Shown piece by piece: positions 36,185-45,470 of a stretch of DNA of 47,331 nt. This stretch comes from Kiritimatiellia bacterium. GTDB taxonomy: Bacteria; Verrucomicrobiota; Kiritimatiellia; CAIQIC01; Lenti-01. Every line of letters begins with the position of its first letter. Within the stretch, counting starts at the first letter, position 1. The stretch spans positions 1 through 47,331 of the forward strand of contig JAVEUJ010000001.1 of the NCBI GenBank assembly GCA_034005635.1, given 5' to 3'. A program made the position numbers and the translations under genes. The notes under the pieces are model-generated. The model was not told the origin of the DNA, searched no databases, and was given only the letters and a program-made list of their open reading frames with translations.

Positions 36185-38593
36185 CTAGAAAACGACCGGT
36201 TGCATCCATTCGGGCAGATCGGCGGGGTCCACCGGGACTGCTTCGGCGGCCACGGGTTTCTTGACTTTTTCGGTCTGTTGTTGCTCTTGGCGCGCTTCGG
36301 CTTGCATCTGCTCAATTTCGCGCTGCATTTGGGCAATGCGTTCTTCGGCTGCTTGGCGAGTGGCCTGCTCTTCTGCGATGCGAACGGCGGCCTCTTCTGC
36401 GGCATTGCGTTGGTGCTCGGTCACGTCCTGGGCAATGCGTAGGGCTTCCGCCTGCTGGGCTTCTTTTTCGGCTAAGCGAGCCCTTTCTTCGGCGGACGCG
36501 GCGGCAACCCTGGCTTCGGCTTCCTGCTGGATCCGTTGCAGGTTCGTCTGGCGCTGGGCTTCAGCCTCTGCCAGAGCCGCCTCCGCAGCGGCTTTGCGGG
36601 CTTCAAACTCGAGCACGCGCTGCTCAGTTTCTTCGCGTAACTGCCGTGCCTTTTCTTCCTGCTGGGCCATGATTTCGGCCTGACGCACGGCTTCCAACGC
36701 TTCCTTTTCCTGCTGGGCCAGTGCGCGCTGCTGTTCGGCTAACGCCTTCTTCGCTTCTGCCTCGGCACGGGCGGCGTCTTGCTTGGCCTTCCATTCGGCT
36801 GCCTTCTGGGCGGCCTCTTCCTCGCGAGCTTGGAGAGCTTCGGCCTTCTGCCGAGCGAGTTCAGCCTTGCGAGCTTCAGCGGCCGCTTTGTCTTGCTCGG
36901 CGATCAGGCGATCAGCTTCAGCTTTTGCCTCTCGTTCGATTGCCTGCTGCTGAGCGAGTTCTGCAGCGGCGGCCTTCTTTTCTTCAGCGGCCAGACGTTT
37001 GGCTTCAATCTTCTCTAGGCGGGCCGCTTTTTTGTCCGCAGCGGCTTGGCGCTTGGCTTCGATCTTGGCTAGACGGGCAGCTTTTTTCTCTTCGGCTGCT
37101 TGGCGATTGGCTTCAATGTCGGCCAATCGTTTTTCCTCTTTCAAGCGCGCTTTTTCGTCTTGTTGCACTTGAGCGATTTCTGCCTTGGTCGGCAGGGTGC
37201 TAACCAACGGGACTATATCGGGCTGAGCATCTGTCATCGGCACCACCAACAGGCTGGTGGGCGGCACAGCAAGTGGCTCTTCTTGCGCCATGTCCCCCTC
37301 CCCTTCCGGGAGCAGGGATTCTAGCATCGGCTCAGCCGGAATTCCCGGCTCGAGTTCTGCTTCCAGAATGGGCGTATCAACTTCTATATCGGATTCCGGC
37401 AGAATCACCTCGTCCGACTGGAATTCTGTGACGGCTAGTTCAGGAGTCAGCGCATCTGGCACGTCCAGTTCGGCGGCGACCTCTGCTTCAACGAGAGCGG
37501 GTTCATCGGCCTGCGATGGGATCACGTCCACTTCCGGGACGGGGGGTTCTTCTATGGGAAGGGACGCGATTTGCTCCGCTTCTTCAGTGGGCGGTACCTC
37601 CGGGATATCCCCTTCACTATCCGTTTCGATCGGGAGTGGGTCATCCGCTTGGGCGAGATCGACCACCGTTTCAGGCTCAACGGCTTCAGGCAAAATTTCG
37701 GCAGGGACTTCCGCCAGTTCCTCGACAAGTTGGACGGGGGATTCTTCCTGAATCGCCGCTACATCCGTCGTCGGCAGATCCGAGGATTTCGGGACGGATT
37801 CGGCTGCGTCACCCTCGACCGGAACGGGTTCAGCCAGGGCCTCAGCGACGGGTTCGACCGCTGCCGCTTCCTGGGCGATCCGGGCCGATTCGTCCAACAC
37901 CGCCTGCTTTTGCAGCAGGGCTAAGACCGCGCCAATCATCAATTCATCGGCGGTCTTGCCCTGAGCGCGCAATTCGCCACGAAGTGCATCGGCGACAATG
38001 TGCTCGGCAATGCGCTGGCCCCCGTCGCCCTGAGACTCGATGAGCTGTGCTACCGTCACATTGCTTTCCGCCGCCAGTTTGATCAAACTGTTTTGGGCGC
38101 TAAGCAGCAGCGATTGCATCGCTGGTTCTGACAGTGCTCCCGCCTGCGCCAGAACATTCTGCTCCGGGTGCAGCATGTCAATCCAGTGCTCCGTCATGTC
38201 GGTCGTGGTTTGAACCGTGTAGCATGAATCGACAATGACATAGTACCGCCGTGAAATTTGGTCGACCGTGCCGGCAAAGGAATAGGTAACCCCCTCCTTC
38301 AAAGATGCAAATTTAGGGGCCATATCTTCGAGCACCCAGACGGTGCCAGCCGCCTTCAAGCGCATAGGCAAATAGGTTTTGCGGTCGAGCCGCCGCGCGC
38401 GCTTGCCGGGCAGGGATTCCAGCGTATCGGAAAACAGGATGGCACGAGCCCAAGCGTTTTGGGGCGTACGCAAGAGCGAGTTCGCTTCAATTTTGACATA
38501 GGAATCCGGTGCGCTGGCTGCAACCGCCCAGGAGAGGCTTCCCGCCACGATTCCGGCCGCCACGACCAAGGCCCACTTCATATGATTTATCAT
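36185..38593 (-). CDS. Large exported protein: N-terminal globular region, acidic Pro/Glu-rich spacer, long charged Ala/Glu/Lys/Gln helical (TolA-domain-II-like) C-terminal region
   Basis: Start chosen at MINHMKWALVVAAGIVAGSLSWAVA, which gives a signal/anchor sequence (the track ORF begins at 38674). About 250 aa are non-repetitive. A PE-rich segment follows (EPVAEALAEPVPVEGD...). About 330 aa of EAKRQAAEEKKAARL-type sequence then runs nearly to the C-terminus. No enzymatic motif recognised. Confidence 0.7.
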   Translation of the reverse strand: MINHMKWALVVAAGIVAGSLSWAVAASAPDSYVKIEANSLLRTPQNAWARAILFSDTLESLPGKRARRLDRKTYLPMRLKAAGTVWVLEDMAPKFASLKEGVTYSFAGTVDQISRRYYVIVDSCYTVQTTTDMTEHWIDMLHPEQNVLAQAGALSEPAMQSLLLSAQNSLIKLAAESNVTVAQLIESQGDGGQRIAEHIVADALRGELRAQGKTADELMIGAVLALLQKQAVLDESARIAQEAAAVEPVAEALAEPVPVEGDAAESVPKSSDLPTTDVAAIQEESPVQLVEELAEVPAEILPEAVEPETVVDLAQADDPLPIETDSEGDIPEVPPTEEAEQIASLPIEEPPVPEVDVIPSQADEPALVEAEVAAELDVPDALTPELAVTEFQSDEVILPESDIEVDTPILEAELEPGIPAEPMLESLLPEGEGDMAQEEPLAVPPTSLLVVPMTDAQPDIVPLVSTLPTKAEIAQVQQDEKARLKEEKRLADIEANRQAAEEKKAARLAKIEAKRQAAADKKAARLEKIEAKRLAAEEKKAAAAELAQQQAIEREAKAEADRLIAEQDKAAAEARKAELARQKAEALQAREEEAAQKAAEWKAKQDAARAEAEAKKALAEQQRALAQQEKEALEAVRQAEIMAQQEEKARQLREETEQRVLEFEARKAAAEAALAEAEAQRQTNLQRIQQEAEARVAAASAEERARLAEKEAQQAEALRIAQDVTEHQRNAAEEAAVRIAEEQATRQAAEERIAQMQREIEQMQAEARQEQQQTEKVKKPVAAEAVPVDPADLPEWMQPVVF
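36956..37117. repeat. 3 x 54-bp in-frame tandem repeat inside the 829-aa gene
   Basis: GGCTTC(A/G)AT landmarks at 37001, 37055 and 37109 (54-nt period). The units encode IEANRQAAEEKKAARLAK / IEAKRQAAADKKAARLEK / IEAKRLAAEEKKAAAAEL. Confidence 0.7.
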
Positions 38594-38654
38594 CCCGCCA
38601 CCTTTTCTAAAAGAATGCTCCGATATATAGCCATCCCCACCGCTGAAATCAAGT

Positions 38655-40058
38655 CTATCCTTGCCCTTTGCCATCTGTTTTGGCTTCGTTGCCGGCCTCG
38701 GCGCTAGCGGCGGGAGTCTGTGCCGTGCGTGCCTCGCGGCGCAGGTGGTCCCAGTGTTCCATCCGCTTGCGAATCACCTCTTCATAGCCTTGGGATACCG
38801 GTTGATAGTAGACCTTATCAGTCGGCATATATTCCTGATCGACAAAATGCCCTTCAAAATCATGTGCATATTGGTAGCCGACATGACCCAACTCCTGTGC
38901 GCCCCGCTTGCTGCCGGTGCTGCGCAAGGGTTTGGGGACGGGCAAGGTCCGGCCTTCCTTGATATCCGCCAAAGCCGCCTCAATACCCAGATAGGCGGCA
39001 TTGCTCTTGGGAGCCGTGGCCAGATACGTCGTGGCCTGGGCTAGCGCGATGCGCGCCTCCGGCATGCCGACAAAGTCGACCGCGTGCAGAGTTGCCACTG
39101 CGACGGTCAATCCGCGCGGATCCGCATTGCCAATATCCTCGCTGGCCAGAATGACCAGACGGCGGGCAATGAAGCGCGGATCCTCACCCGCATACACCAT
39201 CTTAGCCAACCAATAGAGCGCGGCATGGGGGTCCGATCCGCGCACACTCTTGATGAATGCCGAAATGGTGTCGTAGTGGCCATCCTCGTCGTGATCGTAA
39301 AGAATGGCCTTCTTCTGGATGCTTTCCTCCGTCACCGCGCGGGTGATGTGGATGCGGCCATCCGGGTCCGGAGCGGTTGTCAGCGCCGCGATTTCCAACG
39401 CGTTGAGCGCGCGGCGGGCATCTCCCTCACACACTGCAGCCAGGTGGTCCATGGCATTGTCATCCATCTGGATTTTGAGATGCCCGAGTCCTTCCGGGCG
39501 AACCAGTGCCCGTTGCAACAGCGTACGGATGGCTTCCACTCCCAGGGGTTCCAATTGAAAGACTTGGCTGCGCGATACCAGCGGGTTGTTGATGAAAAAG
39601 AACGGGTTGTGCGTGGTCGCGCCAATCAGGGTGACGGCCCCCTCCTCTACGTACGGCAAAAGGACATCCTGCTGGGCCTTGTTGAAGCGATGGATTTCAT
39701 CGATGAACAAAATGGTCTCGCGCCGCGATACCACCCGCCGCTGGCGCGCCGCCTCGAGTGATTTGCGCAAACCAGCCACATTTGATAGCACACCGCTGGA
39801 GCGATCGAAGGCGCGCTTGGTGACGGATGCGATGACCTCCGCCAAGGACGTCTTGCCGCAGCCGGGCGGGCCGTAGAGGATAATGCTAGAAAGTCGATCT
39901 GCCTCGATGGCCCGCCGTAGCAGCTTGCCTGGCCCCAGCATGTGGTCCTGCCCTGCAATATCTTCCAACACCTGCGGACGCATCCGGGCCGCCAATGGGC
40001 GGTGCATAGGTGGTGCGTCTGGTGAAATATCTATCGGGCTTTCAAATAAGTCGCTCAT
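38655..40058 (-). CDS. rarA: Replication-associated recombination protein A (AAA+ ATPase RarA/MgsA)
   Basis: Start at MSDLFESPID (ATG 40058). Walker A GPPGCGKTS, Walker B LFIDEIHRFNK, and a MgsA C-terminal region (YLAKMVYAGEDPRFIARRL). Confidence 0.9.
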   Translation of the reverse strand: MSDLFESPIDISPDAPPMHRPLAARMRPQVLEDIAGQDHMLGPGKLLRRAIEADRLSSIILYGPPGCGKTSLAEVIASVTKRAFDRSSGVLSNVAGLRKSLEAARQRRVVSRRETILFIDEIHRFNKAQQDVLLPYVEEGAVTLIGATTHNPFFFINNPLVSRSQVFQLEPLGVEAIRTLLQRALVRPEGLGHLKIQMDDNAMDHLAAVCEGDARRALNALEIAALTTAPDPDGRIHITRAVTEESIQKKAILYDHDEDGHYDTISAFIKSVRGSDPHAALYWLAKMVYAGEDPRFIARRLVILASEDIGNADPRGLTVAVATLHAVDFVGMPEARIALAQATTYLATAPKSNAAYLGIEAALADIKEGRTLPVPKPLRSTGSKRGAQELGHVGYQYAHDFEGHFVDQEYMPTDKVYYQPVSQGYEEVIRKRMEHWDHLRREARTAQTPAASAEAGNEAKTDGKGQG

Positions 40059-40147
40059 GGGATGATGGGCAGCATGCCAAATCCTCCCCTTCCCCCCAAT
40101 CCTTTTCTTGGCGGTGAGCCGCAACTTGAGCTACGCTTACCCCCATC

Positions 40148-40765
40148 ATGAAATCCAAGCTGCCGCTGCTGCTGTTCTTCATCTATCTGGCCGAGTGCCT
40201 CCTGCTGGCCATCCATCCGGTTTCGCGCCCGACCTGGTGGTCTGAAAACATCACCGTGTGGGTGGTGCTGGCCCCCATCGTCTGGCTGTATATTCGCGGA
40301 ATTCGTTTTTCAAATACAGCCTATGTCCTGATGTCCGTGTTGATCTACCTGCACACTATCGGTGGGCACTATACCTTCGCGGAAGTGCCATTCGCCTGGG
40401 TGACAGAGTGGCTCGGGGCCCAGCGGAATCATTTCGACCGTCTGGCGCATTTTACAGTCGGGTTCTATGCGTTTCCGATTATGGAATACATTGAAGGCCG
40501 CGACTACAGCCGTAACCGGGGATTCAGTATCGTGTTTGCACTGGCGGCCATTCTGGCGATTGCCGGCTTGTTTGAAATTGTGGAATGGCTCTACGCCGCC
40601 GCATCCGATCCCGTGGCTGGAGCGGAATTCCTGGGGTCGCAAGGCGACATCTGGGACGCGCAAAAGGACATGCTCGCGGACGGCCTGGGCGCAGTGGCCG
40701 CCTGCCTTGCCTATGGCTGGGTGTACCGCGGCCGCCGCCCCCCTCCCCTGCCCCGACCCGCCTGA
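40148..40765 (+). CDS. DUF2238/YjdF-like inner-membrane protein
   Basis: 205 aa with multiple TM helices. The strings GGHYTFAEVPF and RNHFDRLAHFTVGF match my memory of the YjdF family. Confidence 0.55.
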   Translation: MKSKLPLLLFFIYLAECLLLAIHPVSRPTWWSENITVWVVLAPIVWLYIRGIRFSNTAYVLMSVLIYLHTIGGHYTFAEVPFAWVTEWLGAQRNHFDRLAHFTVGFYAFPIMEYIEGRDYSRNRGFSIVFALAAILAIAGLFEIVEWLYAAASDPVAGAEFLGSQGDIWDAQKDMLADGLGAVAACLAYGWVYRGRRPPPLPRPA

Positions 40766-40785
40766 CGCAGTTTAGGGTATTTTGC

Positions 40786-40979
40786 AGGCGCACGACAAAA
40801 TTCAGGCAAGGTGTGATTTTGAAATGTAGGGGTCGAGCTTGCTCGATCCCTCCTCGAGGACGTTGAGCCAAGGTCGCCCCTTTTCGGAACAGCCCGGTCG
40901 CAGTTCCGACCTCAGAGTGTCGGGACGCCCCAACAAAACAGGCACAAGGCGGAACCGTGAAGATTCTTGTCGTACGTCT
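40786..40979. mobile_element. MITE-like element, family B, copy 2 (~194 bp, more decayed)
   Basis: The termini AGGCGCACGACAAAA (40786-40800) and TCTTGTCGTACGTCT (40965-40979) match 12/15 as an inverted repeat. Flanking 9-mers GTATTTTGC (40777-40785) and GTATTCTGC (40980-40988) match 8/9. It has the same orientation as copy 1 at 6072-6264 and shares long identical blocks with it. Confidence 0.55.
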
Positions 40980-41070
40980 GTATTCTGCAGAGTCGTTCTC
41001 TGGGAGTATACATATTACAATACATATAGTACAATCGTTACACTATCTATATCGGGATGGGGAGCGGTCC

Positions 41071-42327
41071 TTAAACGGGAGGAGGCCTAGATATATCGCC
41101 GCCGCCCAGTGCAGCAAAAGCCTCCGGAAAGGGTTCCAGGACGCGCGGCAAAACGCCCTTGAGAAAAGAGATCACGACACCGTAGTTGCTGACGGGCACC
41201 TGGCGGCTGGCGGCGGATTCGAGGCGGGAGAGCATCTCGCGGCGATTGATCATGCAGGCGCCGCAGTGAATCACCAGGCGATACCGTTCGAGATCGGCGG
41301 GCCAGTCGCGCCCGGCGACCACGTCAATTTCCAGCGTCTTGCCAGTTTTTTCTCGCAGCCAGCGCGGAATCTTTTTACGGCCAATATCATCTTCGAGCGC
41401 ATGATGGGAACAGGCTTCTCCGATTAGAATCCGGTCGCCATCTTGCAGGGTATCAATCACGCGCGCCGCGCGAACCATGGCGGGCAGATCGCCCTTGAGG
41501 CGCGCGAGCAGGATGGAAAATGTGGTGCAGCGGACCGTTGGCGGAGTCTCGGCCACCATCCGGTCCACCACTTGCGAATCGCAGATCACCAGGTCGGGGG
41601 GGGCGGCCAATTTGGCGAGTGCGGCGAGGTAGTTGGTCTCTGTGACCACGATGGACATGGCGGCACCGTCAAGTGCTGCGCGGATAGCCTGGACTTGGGG
41701 CAGGATGAGACGCCCCTGGGGAGCCTCTTGGTCCAGCGGAACAATCAAGACCACAAGCCCCCCGGGGGGCACGGCCCCCCCATAGAAATCCGGTTGGTGT
41801 AATGACCCTTCCGGCGTGAGGCGGCGGAGGGCCTCCTTGAAAGCATGGACCATGCCCTCGCGCTTTTCCGGAACCACCGACGACTCAATCATCTCCGGCG
41901 TTGCCGCGCGAACTCGCTCCAAAAAAGCGCGGGAAGGCGGCCGCACATCTGTCTTGGTGATGACCGCGAGCAAGGGGCGGTTGGCAGACGTAATTTCTTG
42001 TACGAGGCGGTCTTCATGTTCGGACCAGACATCGGGCTCGACTACCAGCACCGCCACATCGCTGCGGCCCAAGACGGCGTGCATTCGCTGCCGGCGCTGC
42101 TCGCCCAAAAGTGTGGTGTCGTCCACCCCCCCCGTATCGATGAACACCACTGGTCCCAACGGTGGCAACTCCATGGTCTTTTCAACGGGATCGGTGGTGG
42201 TTCCCGGTGTGGGCGAGGTAATGGCGACATCCTGCCCAGCCACCTGGTTAAGGAACGTGGATTTTCCCACGTTGGTTCGCCCAAACAACCCAATGTGCAG
42301 GCGCATGGATTTCGGCGTCTTCTCCAT
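41071..42327 (-). CDS. hydF: [FeFe]-hydrogenase maturation GTPase HydF
   Basis: Start at MEKTPKSMRLHIGLFGRTNVGKST (ATG 42327; the track ORF is extended upstream over mutL). G1 motif GRTNVGKST, G3 motif DTGG, and the C-terminal cluster motif CSHH...HCGAC characteristic of HydF. Confidence 0.8.
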   Translation of the reverse strand: MEKTPKSMRLHIGLFGRTNVGKSTFLNQVAGQDVAITSPTPGTTTDPVEKTMELPPLGPVVFIDTGGVDDTTLLGEQRRQRMHAVLGRSDVAVLVVEPDVWSEHEDRLVQEITSANRPLLAVITKTDVRPPSRAFLERVRAATPEMIESSVVPEKREGMVHAFKEALRRLTPEGSLHQPDFYGGAVPPGGLVVLIVPLDQEAPQGRLILPQVQAIRAALDGAAMSIVVTETNYLAALAKLAAPPDLVICDSQVVDRMVAETPPTVRCTTFSILLARLKGDLPAMVRAARVIDTLQDGDRILIGEACSHHALEDDIGRKKIPRWLREKTGKTLEIDVVAGRDWPADLERYRLVIHCGACMINRREMLSRLESAASRQVPVSNYGVVISFLKGVLPRVLEPFPEAFAALGGGDISRPPPV

Positions 42328-44135
42328 CAATCGCGGCCAAACTTTCGGTTCAATTCGCGGGTGCTGAACAAGATCACGGTGGGTTTGCCACGGGGCGAGG
42401 TGTAGGGCATTTCGGTGCGGGCCAGATCGCGGATCAGGGCCTGCAACTCCGCATCGGTCAACTCCCGCTGGAGTCCAACCGCCTGTTGACCGGCTGTTGC
42501 GGCAATAATCGGACGGGCCCAGTCCCGGGCACTGCCCTTGCCGCCCTGCATCAACCCATCGGCGATGTCCGATAGCAGCGGGCCGGGGGCTACTTCCGCC
42601 AGCCATACCGGCAGGGAATCGACTAAAAAGGTGTCGGTGCCGAACTCCGCTAGGCCGAATCCCATGCGGGTGAGTAGTTCCAGATGCTGGTGGAGGGTCT
42701 GTCTCTGGGCCGGGGAAGGCTGGATCGTCACCGGCGGCAGCAACCCTTGGGATGGCACGGCGCCCTTCTCCATGGCGCTCAAAAGGCGCTCATAAAGCAC
42801 CCGTTCGTGGGCGGAACGGGGGTCCATTAAGACCAGACCCGCATCAGTTTCCAGCACGACATACAGCCCCCCTACCCGGCCCAAAACCCGATAGCGCCCC
42901 CACGGCGTAGTCTCGGGATCACTCGCTGAGGTCTCTGGCACTGGCGGGGGCGTCCAATCCAGCCGAGGCTGAACGTGGGCCACGGGCACGGGTGGCGTGC
43001 TCAGCGGCGCAGACGGCGCCGTTGGGGTTGGGATTGGCGAAGGGACCGGGTGCGGGGCCGACGGAGCCGAGGTAGCGAAGGGTGCATCTGAGCGATCCGG
43101 CATTTTGCGTCCGGGCAAATCTGGACCGCTAATGGCCATGCGGATGGCTTCGATGATGACATCGCGCACTTCAGTAGGACGGCGAAAACGAACTTCTTTT
43201 TTAGCGGGATGCACATTGACATCGATCAGGTCAGGCGGCAGGTCAATGCACAGGAAAAGCGGCGCATAGCGCCCACCTGCCAACACACTGCGGTAGGCGT
43301 TTTGAATGGCATAATTTATGATTGGCGACCCCGCGGGGCGGCCATTGATAAACATCACCTGCCATTCGCGGTCGAGTCGACTGAATGGCGGAACGCCGGC
43401 ATATCCCCCAATTTCCACCACGCCATTGCCAAAGTTTAGCGGACGCAGATGGGCTGCAACTTCTTCACCGTAGAGATCGCGAATGCGCTCGAACAGGCCG
43501 TCGGTCGCGGGCAGATTGTAGATTTCCTCGTCATCGGCGCGCAGGACAAAGGCGATACGCGTATGGGCTAAGGCCTCCAGTAGAAACGCCTGACGGATAT
43601 GCGTGAACTCTGTCTGAGCGGTCCGCATGAATTTCCGCCGTGCCGGCACATTGAAAAATAGGTTCCGCACCGCAATTTCGGTGCCCGGCGGCACACCGGC
43701 ATCGCGCACATCCTGAATCTTGCCACCAAAGATCAATATCTCGGTGCCGACAGGAGAGTCCGCACGGTTGGTCGCCAGGGTGAACTGCGAGACCGAGGCA
43801 ATCGCCGCCAGCGCTTCCCCGCGGAACCCCATCGTGGCAATGGTATCTAAATCCGTTAAATCACGAAGCTTACTGGTGGCATGACGCTCAATGGAAAGCA
43901 GGGCGTTGTCGCGATCCATGCCCGCACCATCATCACGTACTCGTACCAAGCGGCGACCGCCATCCACTACTTCGACTTCGATCCGGGTGGCACCGGCATC
44001 GATCGCATTCTCCACCAGCTCTTTCAGGACGGAACCGGGACGCTCGACCACCTCCCCCGCGGCGATCTGGTTGATCACCGCATCGGATAATACTCGAATG
44101 TGGGCGGGGGCAGACATGCGGGTTTGTTGTAGCAA
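42327..44135 (-). CDS. mutL: DNA mismatch repair protein MutL
   Basis: 602 aa. GHKL ATPase N-terminus (IAAGEVVERPGSVLKELVENAIDAGA). The C-terminal string DPRSAHERVLYE corresponds to the DQHA(x)2E(x)4E endonuclease region. Confidence 0.9.
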   Translation of the reverse strand: MLQQTRMSAPAHIRVLSDAVINQIAAGEVVERPGSVLKELVENAIDAGATRIEVEVVDGGRRLVRVRDDGAGMDRDNALLSIERHATSKLRDLTDLDTIATMGFRGEALAAIASVSQFTLATNRADSPVGTEILIFGGKIQDVRDAGVPPGTEIAVRNLFFNVPARRKFMRTAQTEFTHIRQAFLLEALAHTRIAFVLRADDEEIYNLPATDGLFERIRDLYGEEVAAHLRPLNFGNGVVEIGGYAGVPPFSRLDREWQVMFINGRPAGSPIINYAIQNAYRSVLAGGRYAPLFLCIDLPPDLIDVNVHPAKKEVRFRRPTEVRDVIIEAIRMAISGPDLPGRKMPDRSDAPFATSAPSAPHPVPSPIPTPTAPSAPLSTPPVPVAHVQPRLDWTPPPVPETSASDPETTPWGRYRVLGRVGGLYVVLETDAGLVLMDPRSAHERVLYERLLSAMEKGAVPSQGLLPPVTIQPSPAQRQTLHQHLELLTRMGFGLAEFGTDTFLVDSLPVWLAEVAPGPLLSDIADGLMQGGKGSARDWARPIIAATAGQQAVGLQRELTDAELQALIRDLARTEMPYTSPRGKPTVILFSTRELNRKFGRD

Positions 44136-44242
44136 ACGGTTCCGCTAAACAGGAGGAAAAAGTGCTCAGGGGCATTTGTTAAATGGCCGCCCCCCAGTCG
44201 GGATCAGCAGCTTTTTCCGTCAAAACCACCATTCGTGGCTTT

Positions 44243-44271
44243 GCAAATTAGCATCCTTATGGCAAATTAGC
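44243..44271 (+). promoter_or_regulatory. Two copies of the near-palindromic 10-mer GCAAATTAGC just upstream of proB
   Basis: GCAAATTAGC at 44243-44252 and 44262-44271 (19-bp period). The second copy ends 7 nt before the proB ATG. Function not known. Confidence 0.3.
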
Positions 44272-44278
44272 TCCTGTT

Positions 44279-45424
44279 ATGCCCCATCCAACAGCCAGAA
44301 CCAACTTGACCTCTTCCCGGCGCGTCGTCGTGAAGATCGGGACCCGTGTGCTCGTTCAGCGCAATGGCCGCCTCGATACCCGCCGGATGTCCCAACTGGT
44401 AGATGGCTTGGCGGCTTTGCGCCACGAGGGGCGCGAAATCATCGTGGTCTCCTCCGGGGCCATTGCCTGCGGCCTTCAGGCCTTAGGTGTGAAGAAGAGA
44501 CCGACCGACCTGCCCACCCTTCAGATGGCAGCCGCTGTTGGACAATCCCGCCTGATGGCAGCCTACGACCGGCTATTCACGAAAAAAAAGTGCCAAATCG
44601 GACAGGTCCTGCTGACCCATGATGATTTGGAGCACCGCCGCCGCCACCTCAACGCGCGCAACAGCATCCTCAAACTTTTGGAATATGGCGTCATCCCCAT
44701 CGTGAACGAAAATGACGCGGTATCCGTCGATGAAATCAAATTTGGCGATAACGATGCCCTAGCCTCGCGCACGGCCATGCTCGTCGAAGCCGATCTGCTT
44801 GTGCTGCTCACGACGGTCAGTGGTTTCCACCAGTTGGATGCACGCGGGCGCCGCCGTAAAATCAATTTTCTGCCCGGCGTAGATGCCGAGACGCTCTCGC
44901 ATGCCACGGGCAAAGGCAGCGACTTCTCGACCGGTGGCATGGCCAGCAAGCTGACGTCGGCCGCTGAAGCCGCGCGCATAGGTATCCCCGTTGTCATTGC
45001 CAATGGCCGCAGCGAAGGCATCTTGCAAAAAATCGTGGCGGGCGCTCATGTGGGTACCCTGATGGCGCCGCTCACTGCCAGCAATGGTAACGGTGCTCTG
45101 AACCGACGCCGGCGCTGGGTGGCCTTCTTTCACCATGCCAAGGGGCACCTCACTGTTGACGCTGGTGCCTGTGTGGCGCTGCTTAAACAAGGCTGCAGCC
45201 TGCTGCCGGTCGGCATCCGCGACGTGACAGGTAATTTTCTGCCCGGCGATCTGGTCGATATTCATGACCCCGAAGGGCGGCTCATCGCGCGCGGTCTCAC
45301 GGAATATTCCAGCGTTGAAATCCGATTGCTCAAAGGCCTGAAAACAAAGGCCATCCGGGAGCGCCTCGGCCAGGCCGCCCCTGATGAACTCATTCATCGC
45401 GACAATTTGGTACTAAACCCCTGA
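44279..45424 (+). CDS. proB: Glutamate 5-kinase (with C-terminal PUA domain)
   Basis: 381 aa. VVVKIGTRVL, VVSSGAIA and NENDAV motifs, plus a PUA-like C-terminus. Confidence 0.92.
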   Translation: MPHPTARTNLTSSRRVVVKIGTRVLVQRNGRLDTRRMSQLVDGLAALRHEGREIIVVSSGAIACGLQALGVKKRPTDLPTLQMAAAVGQSRLMAAYDRLFTKKKCQIGQVLLTHDDLEHRRRHLNARNSILKLLEYGVIPIVNENDAVSVDEIKFGDNDALASRTAMLVEADLLVLLTTVSGFHQLDARGRRRKINFLPGVDAETLSHATGKGSDFSTGGMASKLTSAAEAARIGIPVVIANGRSEGILQKIVAGAHVGTLMAPLTASNGNGALNRRRRWVAFFHHAKGHLTVDAGACVALLKQGCSLLPVGIRDVTGNFLPGDLVDIHDPEGRLIARGLTEYSSVEIRLLKGLKTKAIRERLGQAAPDELIHRDNLVLNP

Positions 45425-45470
45425 GCGACTGTATCTGTAACACCCTAACCTGTTCAACCCGAGGTTTTTC

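Noticed and set aside
36261-37751. Several plus-strand ORFs (140-164 aa) inside the 829-aa gene
   Set aside because: They are antisense or alternate-frame readings of the low-complexity repeat region (Ser/Ala/Cys/Arg-rich). They arise automatically from the biased composition of the coiled-coil coding sequence.
40990-41045. AT-rich stretch with two TACAAT boxes downstream of hydF and MITE copy 2
   Set aside because: No gene lies downstream on either strand for it to drive, since it sits between convergent stops. Its resemblance to the 34600 dif-like palindrome is limited to short ATATGTATT-like strings.
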